Shown here: positions 46,612-55,713 of the stretch, piece after piece | Numbering within the stretch: the first letter of the stretch is position 1 | Layout: every line of letters begins with the position of its first letter | Source of the DNA: Acidobacteriota bacterium | GTDB taxonomy: Bacteria > Acidobacteriota > Thermoanaerobaculia > UBA5066 | DNA length: 64,000 nucleotides | NCBI GenBank assembly: GCA_036759345.1 | Contig: DAIOUV010000005.1 | Span: 56,246 to 120,245, forward strand | Reading direction: 5' to 3' | Translations under genes and position numbers: made by a program | The notes under the pieces: generated by a model | Databases searched by the model: none | Seen by the model: only the letters and a program-made list of their open reading frames with translations | What the model was told of the DNA's origin: nothing

Positions 46612-47985
46612 ATGAAACACCCTCTTCCTCTTTCCCTTCCCTCCGTGGGCATCGTGTCGCTCGGATGCCCCAAGAACCTCGTAGACACCGAGGTGATGCT
46701 GGGGCATCTGCAGCGCGAAGGATTGACCCTGACGGATCCGGAGAGATCGCGCGTCGTCATCGTGAACACCTGCGGCTTCATCGACTCGGCGAAGGAGGAG
46801 TCCGTCAGCGCGATTCTCCGCGAGGTCGCGCGCAAGGAGGCGGGGGAGATCGATCGCGTGATCGTGGCGGGCTGCATGGTGCAGAAGTACGGGAGAGAGC
46901 TCGCCGCCGAGATCCCCGAGGTCGATCACTTCATCGGCCTCGACGAGCTGGAGAAGGCGCCGGCCGCCGCGCTCGGCCTCCCGTCGCTGCCGCGCTTCAG
47001 CGACAAGCCGCTTGCGACCCGGCTCTACGACGACCTCGCGCCGCGCGTCCTCACGCACCGCAAGGGCTACGCGTATCTGAAGGTGGCCGAGGGCTGCAAC
47101 AACCCGTGCACGTTCTGCACGATTCCCCAGATGCGCGGCCTCATGCGCTCGCGCACGATTGCGTCGCTCGTGAAAGAAGCGCAGAGCCTCGAGGAGAGGG
47201 GCGTGAAGGAGCTCGTCCTCATTTCGCAGGACACGACCCGCTACGGCGAGGACCTCGGGCTTGGCCGGACCGGGCTCACGGCGCTCGTGACGGCCCTCCT
47301 CGCCGAGACGTCGTTCCCGTGGGTCCGCTTCCTCTACGCGTACCCGAAGACGCTTCACGCCTCGGTGTTCGAGCTGATGTCGAAGTCGCCCCGATTCGTC
47401 CCCTACGTCGACATGCCGCTCCAGCACGTCTCGAAGAAGATCCTCACGGCGATGAAGCGCGGCGGCGACCCGGCGAGCTACCTCAAGCAGTTCGCCCGGA
47501 TCCGTGAGGTCGTCCCGGACATCGCTCTTCGCTCGACGTTCATCGTGGGCTTCCCCGGGGAGAAAGACGAAGATTTCTTGGAAGTGAAAGAGTTCCTCGA
47601 GGCCGTGCGCTTCGACAACGCGGGCGTCTTCACATACTCACCGGAACCGGGCTCGGGAGCCGAGCCGCTCGGGGACCCAGTTCCTTTCGAAGAAAAATCT
47701 TCGCGCCGCGTGGCCCTCATGGAGCTCCAGCAGAAGATTTCCCTTTCGAAGAATCGCGCGAAGCGCGGCAAATCGTTCGACGCCCTCCTCGAAGGGCCCT
47801 GTGAGGAGACCGAGATGCTCCTCGAGGCCCGCCTCGGGAGCCAGGCCCCGGAGATCGACGGGCGCGTCCTCATCAACGAAGTGCCCGAGGGCTGGACGCC
47901 GCGCGTCGGGGAGATCGTGCGCGTGAAGATCACCGAGGCGCACGCCTACGATCTCGTTGGACGGGTCATCGCCCCGGTCGCTTAA
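46612..47985 (+). CDS. rimO: Ribosomal protein S12 methylthiotransferase
   Basis: …VGIVSLGCPKNLVDTEVM…, radical-SAM …VAEGCNNPCTFCTIP…, …FPGEKDEDF…, C-terminal TRAM domain. Confidence 0.88.
   Translation: MKHPLPLSLPSVGIVSLGCPKNLVDTEVMLGHLQREGLTLTDPERSRVVIVNTCGFIDSAKEESVSAILREVARKEAGEIDRVIVAGCMVQKYGRELAAEIPEVDHFIGLDELEKAPAAALGLPSLPRFSDKPLATRLYDDLAPRVLTHRKGYAYLKVAEGCNNPCTFCTIPQMRGLMRSRTIASLVKEAQSLEERGVKELVLISQDTTRYGEDLGLGRTGLTALVTALLAETSFPWVRFLYAYPKTLHASVFELMSKSPRFVPYVDMPLQHVSKKILTAMKRGGDPASYLKQFARIREVVPDIALRSTFIVGFPGEKDEDFLEVKEFLEAVRFDNAGVFTYSPEPGSGAEPLGDPVPFEEKSSRRVALMELQQKISLSKNRAKRGKSFDALLEGPCEETEMLLEARLGSQAPEIDGRVLINEVPEGWTPRVGEIVRVKITEAHAYDLVGRVIAPVA
47566..47592 (+). repeat. AT-rich dispersed motif copy H (forward) inside rimO
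   Basis: GACGAAGATTTCTTGGAAGTGAAAGAG; encodes the conserved DEDFLE of the MTTase. Confidence 0.6.
47683..47703 (-). repeat. AT-rich dispersed motif copy I (reverse) inside rimO
   Basis: CCTTTCGAAGAAAAATCTTCG = reverse complement CGAAGATTTTTCTTCGAAAGG; ~90 bp downstream of copy H. Confidence 0.55.
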
Positions 47986-47996
47986 GATCCGTCCGC

Positions 47997-48941
47997 TTGC
48001 AGGTCGTCAAGGATCCCTTTCGCCCCGTCGACCTTCCGCGAGGTGGCGTCGTCACCGTCGGTAACTTCGACGGCGTGCATCGTGGTCATCAGGCGATGCT
48101 GAAGGCCGTCTCGACCCGTGCCCGGGAGCTCGGCGCGCCGAGCGTCGTCGTGAGCTTCGATCCGCATCCTCTCAAGGTCCTGCACCCCGAGCGCGCCCCG
48201 AAGATGATCCAGACGCTCCGCCAGCGCGAGGAGGCGATCGAGGCCTCGGGCATCGATGCTCTCGTCCTCGTGCCTTTCACGCGGGACTTCTCGCTCACGC
48301 CGGCCGAAGTCTTCATCAAGGAGCTTCTCGTGAAGCGGCTCGCGGTGCGGGAAGTGCTCGTGGGTGCACGTTTCATTTTCGGAAGAGACCGTCTCGGAAC
48401 GCTGGACCTCCTCCGCGCGGCCGGTGAGGCCGCGGGATTTCGCGTGAGTGGTCTCGGGGACGTGAGTGACGCCGGCGGTGCCATTTCGTCGACGCGCATC
48501 CGAAACGCCCTCCACGATGGAGACGCCGTCACGGCGCGGGAGCTGCTGGGGCGACCTTACGCGATGGACGGGATCATCGCGAAGGGCGACCGGATGGGGC
48601 GCAAGATCGGATTCCCGACGATGAACCTCATGGCCGACAACGAGCTGTTTCCGAAGGATGGCGTCTACTTCACGTCCGTTCGGATCGACTCGTTCGAGCG
48701 TACCTTCCCCTGCGTGACGAACATAGGGTGCCGGCCCACCGTGTACGAGGAGTACGCGACGACCATCGAGTCGTACATCCTCGATTTTTCGTCGGACGTT
48801 TACGGCGAGCGCGTGCGCCTGTCGTTCTACGGCCGGGTGCGCGACGAGCAGACCTTCCCGTCCATGCTGGACCTCACGGCCCAGATCCGACGGGACGTGG
48901 AGGCGACGCGCCTCTATTTCCTCAGGAATCCGTTGCCATGA
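47997..48941 (+). CDS. ribF: Bifunctional riboflavin kinase / FMN adenylyltransferase
   Basis: …VVTVGNFDGVHRGHQAML… adenylyltransferase N-term; C-terminal riboflavin kinase (…GFPTMNL…, …YGERVRLSFYGRVRDE…). Confidence 0.88.
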   Translation: MQVVKDPFRPVDLPRGGVVTVGNFDGVHRGHQAMLKAVSTRARELGAPSVVVSFDPHPLKVLHPERAPKMIQTLRQREEAIEASGIDALVLVPFTRDFSLTPAEVFIKELLVKRLAVREVLVGARFIFGRDRLGTLDLLRAAGEAAGFRVSGLGDVSDAGGAISSTRIRNALHDGDAVTARELLGRPYAMDGIIAKGDRMGRKIGFPTMNLMADNELFPKDGVYFTSVRIDSFERTFPCVTNIGCRPTVYEEYATTIESYILDFSSDVYGERVRLSFYGRVRDEQTFPSMLDLTAQIRRDVEATRLYFLRNPLP

Positions 48942-49840
48942 CCGCGGAGGTCGTCCTTCGGGCCACGGCCGTCGTGCTCGCTCTCCTTTTCGCGAGAGGG
49001 ACGGGGAATCGGGCCGCGGCCTTCGCCATGGGCGTCCTTGTGGGATTCGCGGTCTTCGGAGCGCGTGTCGCGTCGATGCCTCTCGCCGGCGAGACGGCGT
49101 TCCTCGCGGCGTGCCTCGTGGCTCTCATCGCGATCGGCGCCGCGCGCGCCTGGCCCCCCATCACCGGCGACGGCCTGTCGGCGGGCACGCTGGCCGCGAC
49201 GGGCGCCGCCTGCGCCGCGGCCGTTTCGGGGCGCCACCTGCCGGGCTGGCAGGAGCCCGCGCTCGTCGCGATCGTTCTGGTCGCCGTTTCGGCCTTCGCC
49301 GCGGAGGCCACGCGCGCGAGCGCGGAGGCCGGCTGGCGCGAGTGGATCGCCTGGACCTCCGCCCTACTCTTGCCTGTCTTACTTGCCGCCGCCCTCGCGG
49401 GACTCTTTTCCGGCATGCCCCGCCGGTTCCAGCCCCTCGCCGTCGCGGGGATGCTCGTCGTCGCCGTGCTCGTCTGGGCGCCCGCGGTGCTCGCCGAGCG
49501 CGCGCGGGCCTCGCGCGAGCTCGCCGAGGAAGTGACGCTCGGGCTCCTTCCGGAGGAGGACGCCGTTGCGCTGCGCCTCCCCTGGACGCGCGGCTTCGAG
49601 AAGAGATTCGGCCGGCCGGACGAGCGCCGTGAATACGTGAGGAGCGCGCTTCTCCTCGCGGTCGCGCGTCACCAGCAACGGCACCGCACGGGAGAGGCCG
49701 AGCGGCTGAGGCAACTCGAGGTCCTGACGTTTCGGACGCGGCTTCGAAGGATGCAGGATGCGCGGGCCTCCCGGTTCGACAGGCGGGAGCCGGGCGAATT
49801 CGCGGAGGCGCCGGCGCCGGAGAGCCCGGGTTCGCTTTAA
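48938..49840 (+). CDS. Integral membrane protein, unknown function
   Basis: ATG overlapping ribF stop; ~6 predicted TM helices in N-terminal 200 aa, Arg/Glu-rich cytoplasmic tail. Confidence 0.5.
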   Translation: MTAEVVLRATAVVLALLFARGTGNRAAAFAMGVLVGFAVFGARVASMPLAGETAFLAACLVALIAIGAARAWPPITGDGLSAGTLAATGAACAAAVSGRHLPGWQEPALVAIVLVAVSAFAAEATRASAEAGWREWIAWTSALLLPVLLAAALAGLFSGMPRRFQPLAVAGMLVVAVLVWAPAVLAERARASRELAEEVTLGLLPEEDAVALRLPWTRGFEKRFGRPDERREYVRSALLLAVARHQQRHRTGEAERLRQLEVLTFRTRLRRMQDARASRFDRREPGEFAEAPAPESPGSL

Positions 49841-49862
49841 GGCGGGAGGGGCGCCGCGCCCG

Positions 49863-51224
49863 TCACGATCGCGGGCCGTCCGCATCCCAGAGCGTCGTTT
49901 CCCCGAACGACTCCAGGACGGGCCGGATCAGTTTCGCGTCGCCGACGGCGGCCAGTATCCCGGTCGCCGGGTCGAAGAATTCCTGGGCGGTCAGGAACGC
50001 CTCTTCTCGCGACACGTCGTTGACGCGGTCCCGCCACGTGGCCCACTCGTCTTCGGGCAGTCCGTGGAGGAGCCTCGTGATCTCGTCCTGGGCAACGCCG
50101 CCCGGGGTCTCGCGCGGAATGGGAAAGCTGCCCAGAAGATATTTCCGCGAGCGGTCGTGTTCCTCGGCCGTCGGCCCCTCCGAGGCATAGGCGCGGATCA
50201 GGTCGAAGAGTCCGGCACAAGCCTCGCGCGTCACCTCGGTCCGGCAGTCGATCGAGGCCCCGAACTGCCCTCCCGCGACGCGCGCCGAAACGGAAGAGTA
50301 GGCGCCGTAGGTGAGGCTGCGCTCTTCCCGAAGGACGTGGAAGAGGCGCGAGGACGCGCCCCCTCCGAGCGATTGGTTAGCGACGAGAGCCGTCGTGAAG
50401 CGCGGGTGCCGGCGGGCGAGCGCGGGCCTCGCGAAGAGCAGATTCGTCTGCACCGAGCCGGGCCGGTTCACGAGGTGAATCGAGAAACCGGGGATGGCCG
50501 GCGGGGGAGGAACGGCGGCGGGCGGCGAGAGGATCCCGGCGGGAAGGCCCCCGAAGGCGCGCTCGGCCGCGTAGAGGAGCGCGTCGGGATCCGCGGCGCC
50601 CGCGAGGATCAGCGTGGCGTTCGCGAGGGAGAAGCGCGAGGCCGCGAAGGCGGCGATGTCGCCCTGGCTGAGCGACGCGAGGCCTTTTTCCGTCGACGTG
50701 AGGCGCCCGTACGGGTGGCCGGGGTAGAGCCGGTCGAGGAGGCGCTCGCGCGCGAGGAAGTCGGGCTCGGAGCGCTGCTCGGCCAGCACGTCGATCTGGC
50801 GCCGGCGGTTCTTCTCGAATTCGTCCTCGGGGAACGTGGATTCCGTGAGGACCTCGGCCAGGAGGGCGAGCCCTTCGTCGAGATCCTTCTCGAGCACGAA
50901 GAGGCGCGCGACGGACGAATCGCTCCCGGTGGAGACCTCGAGGATCGCGGCGAGGTCGTCGAGCGCTTCCCCGAGCTCGCGCGCGTTGCGCCGGCGCGTT
51001 CCGCCGAGAAACGTGTCGCCGGTGATCTCGGCCATGCCCTCGCGCGCGGGCGGATCGGCCGCGCTGCCCGCTCCGGGAAAGAGCACGGCGACGGCCACCG
51101 TGGGACGGCGGCCCCAGCGGGCCGCACGCACGGCGACGCCGTTCGCCAATCGCGTGCCGGTGAACGTGGGCAGAGAGAAGGGGAGCGGGGCCCTAGGCGG
51201 CGGGGGCAGGCGCCTCGCGCTCAT
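49863..51224 (-). CDS. M16-family peptidase, non-catalytic (M16B-type) subunit
   Basis: Insulinase-like fold without HxxEH; start overlaps stop of upstream M16A gene. Confidence 0.7.
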   Translation of the reverse strand: MSARRLPPPPRAPLPFSLPTFTGTRLANGVAVRAARWGRRPTVAVAVLFPGAGSAADPPAREGMAEITGDTFLGGTRRRNARELGEALDDLAAILEVSTGSDSSVARLFVLEKDLDEGLALLAEVLTESTFPEDEFEKNRRRQIDVLAEQRSEPDFLARERLLDRLYPGHPYGRLTSTEKGLASLSQGDIAAFAASRFSLANATLILAGAADPDALLYAAERAFGGLPAGILSPPAAVPPPPAIPGFSIHLVNRPGSVQTNLLFARPALARRHPRFTTALVANQSLGGGASSRLFHVLREERSLTYGAYSSVSARVAGGQFGASIDCRTEVTREACAGLFDLIRAYASEGPTAEEHDRSRKYLLGSFPIPRETPGGVAQDEITRLLHGLPEDEWATWRDRVNDVSREEAFLTAQEFFDPATGILAAVGDAKLIRPVLESFGETTLWDADGPRS

Positions 51225-52510
51225 GCGGCCTCCCGGGACTCTTGCGGCACGACGGTGACGACCGACCGGCGGGCGGCCACGAGGAGGCGCGCCGCGGCTT
51301 CCCGGACGGTGGCCGCATCCAGCGCGAGGACGGCTTCAACGTCGCGGGGAAACAGGCCGGGATCCCCGTCGTAGAGGCCGTACTCGGACAGCAGGAAGGC
51401 GATGGCATGCGTCGTCTGCGTGGCGCGCACGGCACTCGCGAGGATCATGCGCCGGATCCGCTCCATTTCGCGCGGCGTGGGGCCGTCGGCGGCGAAGCGT
51501 TCGAGGTCGAGAAGGATTTCCGCCTCGAGGCGCTCGAGCGTGACGCCGGGCCGCGCGAGCGCGAAGACGCGGAAGAGCGAGGGACCGCGGCGCTCGTCGA
51601 GTGACACCGACAGCGACAGGGCGAGCGATTCGTCCTTCACGAGACGGCGCCAGAGCCGGCCCGATTCGCCCGCTCCAAGGATGCGCTCCACGACCGCGAG
51701 CGCGAAGAAGTCGGGGTGGCGGCGCTCTTTCACCTTGAAGTTGACGTGCAGGGCCGGCATCGCCGCATGCTTGTCCGTAACCTCCAGGCGCCTCTCACCG
51801 GTGGGGGCCGGCTCTTCGAACGCGAAGTGCGGCGGTGTCTCCCGCGCGGGAACCTCCTCGAACGCGATCTTCACGCGGCGGAAAGCGTCGCCGGGGTCGA
51901 CGTCGCCGACCACGGCGAGAAGCGCGTTTCCGGGAGCGTAGTAGCGGCGGTAGAAGTCCCGCGCGTCGTCGAGAGAGGCCGCGCCGAGGTCGTCCATCGA
52001 CCCGATGACGGGGTGCTTGTATGGAAACGCGTCGTACGCGAGGTCGTCCGCGGCCTCGAACGACGCGGCATAGGGCTGGTTGTCCACGCGCATCCGCTTC
52101 TCTTCCTTCACGGCCTCCCTTTGGTTGTCGAGCTTCTCCTGCGTGAGGACGAGAGCCCGCATCCGGTCGGATTCGAGGAAGAGCCCGAGGTCGAGACATT
52201 CGGCCGGAAGCGTCTCGAAATAGTTCGTCCGGTCCTCGGACGTCGTTCCGTTCATCGAGCCGCCCGCCTCGGCCACGAGCCGGAAGTGCTCGCCCTTGCC
52301 GATGTTCTCCGAGCCCTCGAACATGAGGTGCTCGAAGAGGTGCGCGAATCCAGTCTTTCCGGCCGGTTCGACCCGGCTTCCGACGTCGTAGGTCACGTCC
52401 ACCGTCACGAGAGGGATTCCACGCTGCGGAGACACGACGACCGTGAGCCCGTTCGCGAGGCGCTCGACGTGAAACGGAATTTCGAGATCGAGGGAAGAAC
52501 TGATGGGAAC
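51221..52510 (-). CDS. M16-family zinc peptidase (HxxEH)
   Basis: …FAHLFEHLMFEGSENIG… inverted zincin motif, …NGTTSEDRTNYF… Start not resolved: conserved N-terminus begins near …LDLEIPFHVERLANG… but no ATG/GTG/TTG is in frame between ORF residues 84 and 131, so the 5' end given is approximate. Confidence 0.6.
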   Translation of the reverse strand, partial: VPISSSLDLEIPFHVERLANGLTVVVSPQRGIPLVTVDVTYDVGSRVEPAGKTGFAHLFEHLMFEGSENIGKGEHFRLVAEAGGSMNGTTSEDRTNYFETLPAECLDLGLFLESDRMRALVLTQEKLDNQREAVKEEKRMRVDNQPYAASFEAADDLAYDAFPYKHPVIGSMDDLGAASLDDARDFYRRYYAPGNALLAVVGDVDPGDAFRRVKIAFEEVPARETPPHFAFEEPAPTGERRLEVTDKHAAMPALHVNFKVKERRHPDFFALAVVERILGAGESGRLWRRLVKDESLALSLSVSLDERRGPSLFRVFALARPGVTLERLEAEILLDLERFAADGPTPREMERIRRMILASAVRATQTTHAIAFLLSEYGLYDGDPGLFPRDVEAVLALDAATVREAAARLLVAARRSVVTVVPQESREAA

Positions 52511-52518
52511 CCCCTGCG

Positions 52519-53601
52519 GTGAAACCCCTCGCGGGACTCGTTCGTAATATAACGATTGTGTTGAGGTGCCGTGCTCTCGCGCTTTCCGCGCTCCTCGCCG
52601 TGAGCATCTTCCCCGCCGCGCGGGGACAGGAAGCGAGCGTGAAAACGGATTCGGACCTCCCGAAATTCCGCGTCGAAGCGGTCCTCCTCGATTACGAACC
52701 GGTCCTGGAAAGGCACGAAAGATTCGCGGAGTTCTTCTATGGCGCACTTTCGGCGGAATGGGCCCGCGGCGATTTCGCCGCGAAGGCCGAGGTGCGCGGC
52801 CATGGGGGGCGATTCCGCCCGTTTTACGACGGGTCCGTGTGGCTGGAAGAGGGTTGGGCTTCTCTCGCGACACCGATCGGCGCCGTGAGGGTCGGAAAGC
52901 TCGAGCGGGACTTCGGACTCCAGGACGAGTCCTTCCTCGGCACCCTCTTCACCGTGAACGGCGTCACGCGCAACCCCGACTGGGGCGCGGGTCTCGCGGG
53001 CGAGAAGCGGCTCGGGTTCGACACGCTCGGGTGGAGCGCCCGCTACTACGGCCAGAACGACCACGTCTCGTGGGAAGACGACGGCCGCGGCGTGGAGTCG
53101 GACCCGCTGCGCGTCCTCAGGGACGGCCTGGAGGCACGGGTCTTCTATCTCGTGAACAAGGGCCTCTGGTCGCTCAAGCCGGCGGTCTCCGTCGCGTCCG
53201 CCGCGCTCGATCAGAGGGACGGCCCGGCCTCCTTCCGAAGGACGGACGGCGCCCTCGACGTCACCGCGACCTTCGGGCCGATCGCACTCCTCCTGGAGGG
53301 CTTCACGAGGTCGGGAGAACGCTGCGTCGCGGGAGCGCCCTGTCGCCTAAGCTACGACGACGCGACGGCCGGCCTCGTCGGGTTTCGCGCCGAGTTCCCG
53401 ACCGTCACCTATCGCTATCTCTATTCGGTCTGGCGCTATCGCGGAGCCGAAGCCACTGAGCAGCTTCATCTGCCGGGTGTCGTCTGGACGCCGCGGAAGG
53501 GTCTGGCGGCCACGATCGAGTACAGTGCCCGGTCGATGAAGACGCTTTCGGGCACGGCGGTCGTGAAGGCCTTCCAGCTCGGCCTGTCGGTGGTTTTTTG
53601 A
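52519..53601 (+). CDS. Outer-membrane beta-barrel protein (porin-like)
   Basis: Signal peptide (…ALALSALLAVSIFPAARGQEA), alternating amphipathic strands, C-terminal …LGLSVVF ending in Phe; alternative GTG start at 52558. Confidence 0.6.
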   Translation: MKPLAGLVRNITIVLRCRALALSALLAVSIFPAARGQEASVKTDSDLPKFRVEAVLLDYEPVLERHERFAEFFYGALSAEWARGDFAAKAEVRGHGGRFRPFYDGSVWLEEGWASLATPIGAVRVGKLERDFGLQDESFLGTLFTVNGVTRNPDWGAGLAGEKRLGFDTLGWSARYYGQNDHVSWEDDGRGVESDPLRVLRDGLEARVFYLVNKGLWSLKPAVSVASAALDQRDGPASFRRTDGALDVTATFGPIALLLEGFTRSGERCVAGAPCRLSYDDATAGLVGFRAEFPTVTYRYLYSVWRYRGAEATEQLHLPGVVWTPRKGLAATIEYSARSMKTLSGTAVVKAFQLGLSVVF

Positions 53602-53635
53602 GGATTTCTGCGTCTCACGCACTCTCGAGGAGCTC

Positions 53636-54958
53636 ATGAAGAAAAGGGTCCTGATCATCGGAATCGTCGTGGCGGTCGCCGCTCTCGTCGGCGCTTTCTT
53701 TTACACGCGCCGCGGTTCGGCCGAGCCGAAGTTCCGCAAGGGGAAGATCGACAAGGGCGACGTGGTCGCGACGGTGACCGCCACGGGGACGCTGTCGGCG
53801 GTCACGACGGTCAAAGTGGGCAGTCAGGTCTCGGGCATCATCGCGAAGCTCTACGTCGACTTCAATGCAGTCGTGAAGAAGGGGCAGCTCCTCACCGAGC
53901 TCGATCCGACGCCGTTCCAGCAGACGGTCGACCAGCGTCGCGCGGATCTCGAAAAGGCGAAGGTCGAGCTTCGCAACGCCGAGATCTCACTCACCCGCTC
54001 GAAGAATCTCGCGAAGCAGCAGCTGCTCGCCCAGTCCGATCTGGACGGCGCGCAGACGGCGCGGGATTCGGCCGCGGCCGCCGTCGCGCAGTCGCAGGCG
54101 GCGCTCAAGCAAGCCGAAACGAACCTCTCCTACACGCGGATCACGTCCCCCATCGACGGCGTCGTCGTCGACCGGCAGTACGACGTCGGCCAGACCGTGG
54201 CGGCGTCCTTCCAGGCGCCCGTCATCTTCACGATCGCGCAGGACCTCACGAAGATGCAGGTCCTCACGAACATCGACGAGGCAGACGTCGGCCGCGTCAA
54301 GGTCGGTCAGGAAGCGTCCTTTTCGGTCGACGCCTTTTCCGACCAGCCTTTCAAGGGAGCCGTCTCGCAGATTCGCCTCTCGCCGCAGACCGTGCAGAAC
54401 GTCGTGACCTATCCCGTCGTGCTCGACGTCGCGAACCTCGACCTCAAGCTGAAGCCCGGCATGACCGCGAACGTGCAGGTTCCCGTCGACGTGCGCAAGG
54501 ACGCCCTGCGCGTCGCGAATTCGGCGCTGCGTTTCCGGCCGGACAACTCGGATCTCGTGGCCGAGGTCCGCAAGGTCAAGTCGACAGACGCGGGGAAGGG
54601 CGGGACGGCCTCGTCCGCGCCGCCGGCGCCCGGATCTGCGGCGGGCGCGCCGGCGACTTCCGAGCGAACCGGTCCTCCCAGATCGGGCGCGCCCGGCGCG
54701 ACGGGCGGACGGCCCGGCGCCGGCGGCGCACGCCCCTCGGGCGGGACGGGCACCCTCTATGTCGAGGTCCCGAATACGGGCGGCAAGCTGAAGCCCGTCA
54801 CGGTGCGGACGCTGATCACCGACGGAAACCTTACGGCCATCCGCACGGACGAGCTGAAGGAGGGCGACGAGGTCATCGTGGGTCTCGCAACGGCCCGGGC
54901 CGGCGCGCCGAGCAGCGGCGGCCAGGCCGCTCCCGGCGGCGGACGCCGCCCGTTCTGA
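53636..54958 (+). CDS. macA: Efflux pump periplasmic adaptor (MacA/HlyD family)
   Basis: N-terminal TM anchor, …VTATGTLSAVTTVKVGSQVSGII… lipoyl/hairpin region, C-terminal Pro/Gly-rich tail. Confidence 0.8.
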   Translation: MKKRVLIIGIVVAVAALVGAFFYTRRGSAEPKFRKGKIDKGDVVATVTATGTLSAVTTVKVGSQVSGIIAKLYVDFNAVVKKGQLLTELDPTPFQQTVDQRRADLEKAKVELRNAEISLTRSKNLAKQQLLAQSDLDGAQTARDSAAAAVAQSQAALKQAETNLSYTRITSPIDGVVVDRQYDVGQTVAASFQAPVIFTIAQDLTKMQVLTNIDEADVGRVKVGQEASFSVDAFSDQPFKGAVSQIRLSPQTVQNVVTYPVVLDVANLDLKLKPGMTANVQVPVDVRKDALRVANSALRFRPDNSDLVAEVRKVKSTDAGKGGTASSAPPAPGSAAGAPATSERTGPPRSGAPGATGGRPGAGGARPSGGTGTLYVEVPNTGGKLKPVTVRTLITDGNLTAIRTDELKEGDEVIVGLATARAGAPSSGGQAAPGGGRRPF

Positions 54959-54969
54959 AGGCCGAACAC

Positions 54970-55713
54970 GTGACACGCCCCGTCATCGAGATCGAGAACC
55001 TCACGCGTGTCTACCAGATGGGCGAGACGGAGGTGCGCGCGCTCGACGGCATTTCACTCACCGTCGAACCGGGCGAATTCCTCGCGGTCATGGGCCCGTC
55101 CGGATCGGGCAAGTCCACGTTCATGAACATCGTCGGATGCCTCGACCGCCCGACCGCGGGACGCTACGTGCTCGAAGGCGTCGACGTGTCGGGTCTCGAC
55201 CGCGACCAACGCGCGAGCATCCGGAACGACAAGATCGGTTTCGTCTTCCAGAGCTTCAATCTGCTCTCACGGACGAACGCGCTCGAGAACGTCGAGCTGC
55301 CGCTCCTCTATTCCACGAAGTCGAAGATCACCGAAGAGCAGGTCCGCGCGCAGGCGATGAAATGCCTGGAGCGCGTGGGTCTCGGCCCCCGATGGGACCA
55401 CACGTCCGCCCAGCTCTCGGGCGGGCAGCAGCAGCGCGTCGCCATCGCGCGGAGCCTCGTGAACGACCCCGCGATCGTCCTCGCCGACGAGCCGACGGGC
55501 AACCTCGACTCGAAGACTTCCGTGGAAGTCATGGCAATCTTCCAGGAGCTGAACGACGGGGGAAAGACCGTCGTGCTCATCACGCACGAGCCCGACATCT
55601 CCGAGCACGCCAAACGCGTCGTGATGTTTCGTGACGGGAAAATCCTCTCGGACGTTCCCGTGACGAAGAGGCGCGTCGCCGCGCGGGCGGTGGGCACGGG
55701 TGGCGCTCCATGA
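54970..55713 (+). CDS. macB: ABC transporter ATP-binding protein (MacB-type)
   Basis: Walker [10 protein letters not shown], signature [13 protein letters not shown], Walker [12 protein letters not shown]. Confidence 0.9.
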   Translation: MTRPVIEIENLTRVYQMGETEVRALDGISLTVEPGEFLAVMGPSGSGKSTFMNIVGCLDRPTAGRYVLEGVDVSGLDRDQRASIRNDKIGFVFQSFNLLSRTNALENVELPLLYSTKSKITEEQVRAQAMKCLERVGLGPRWDHTSAQLSGGQQQRVAIARSLVNDPAIVLADEPTGNLDSKTSVEVMAIFQELNDGGKTVVLITHEPDISEHAKRVVMFRDGKILSDVPVTKRRVAARAVGTGGAP

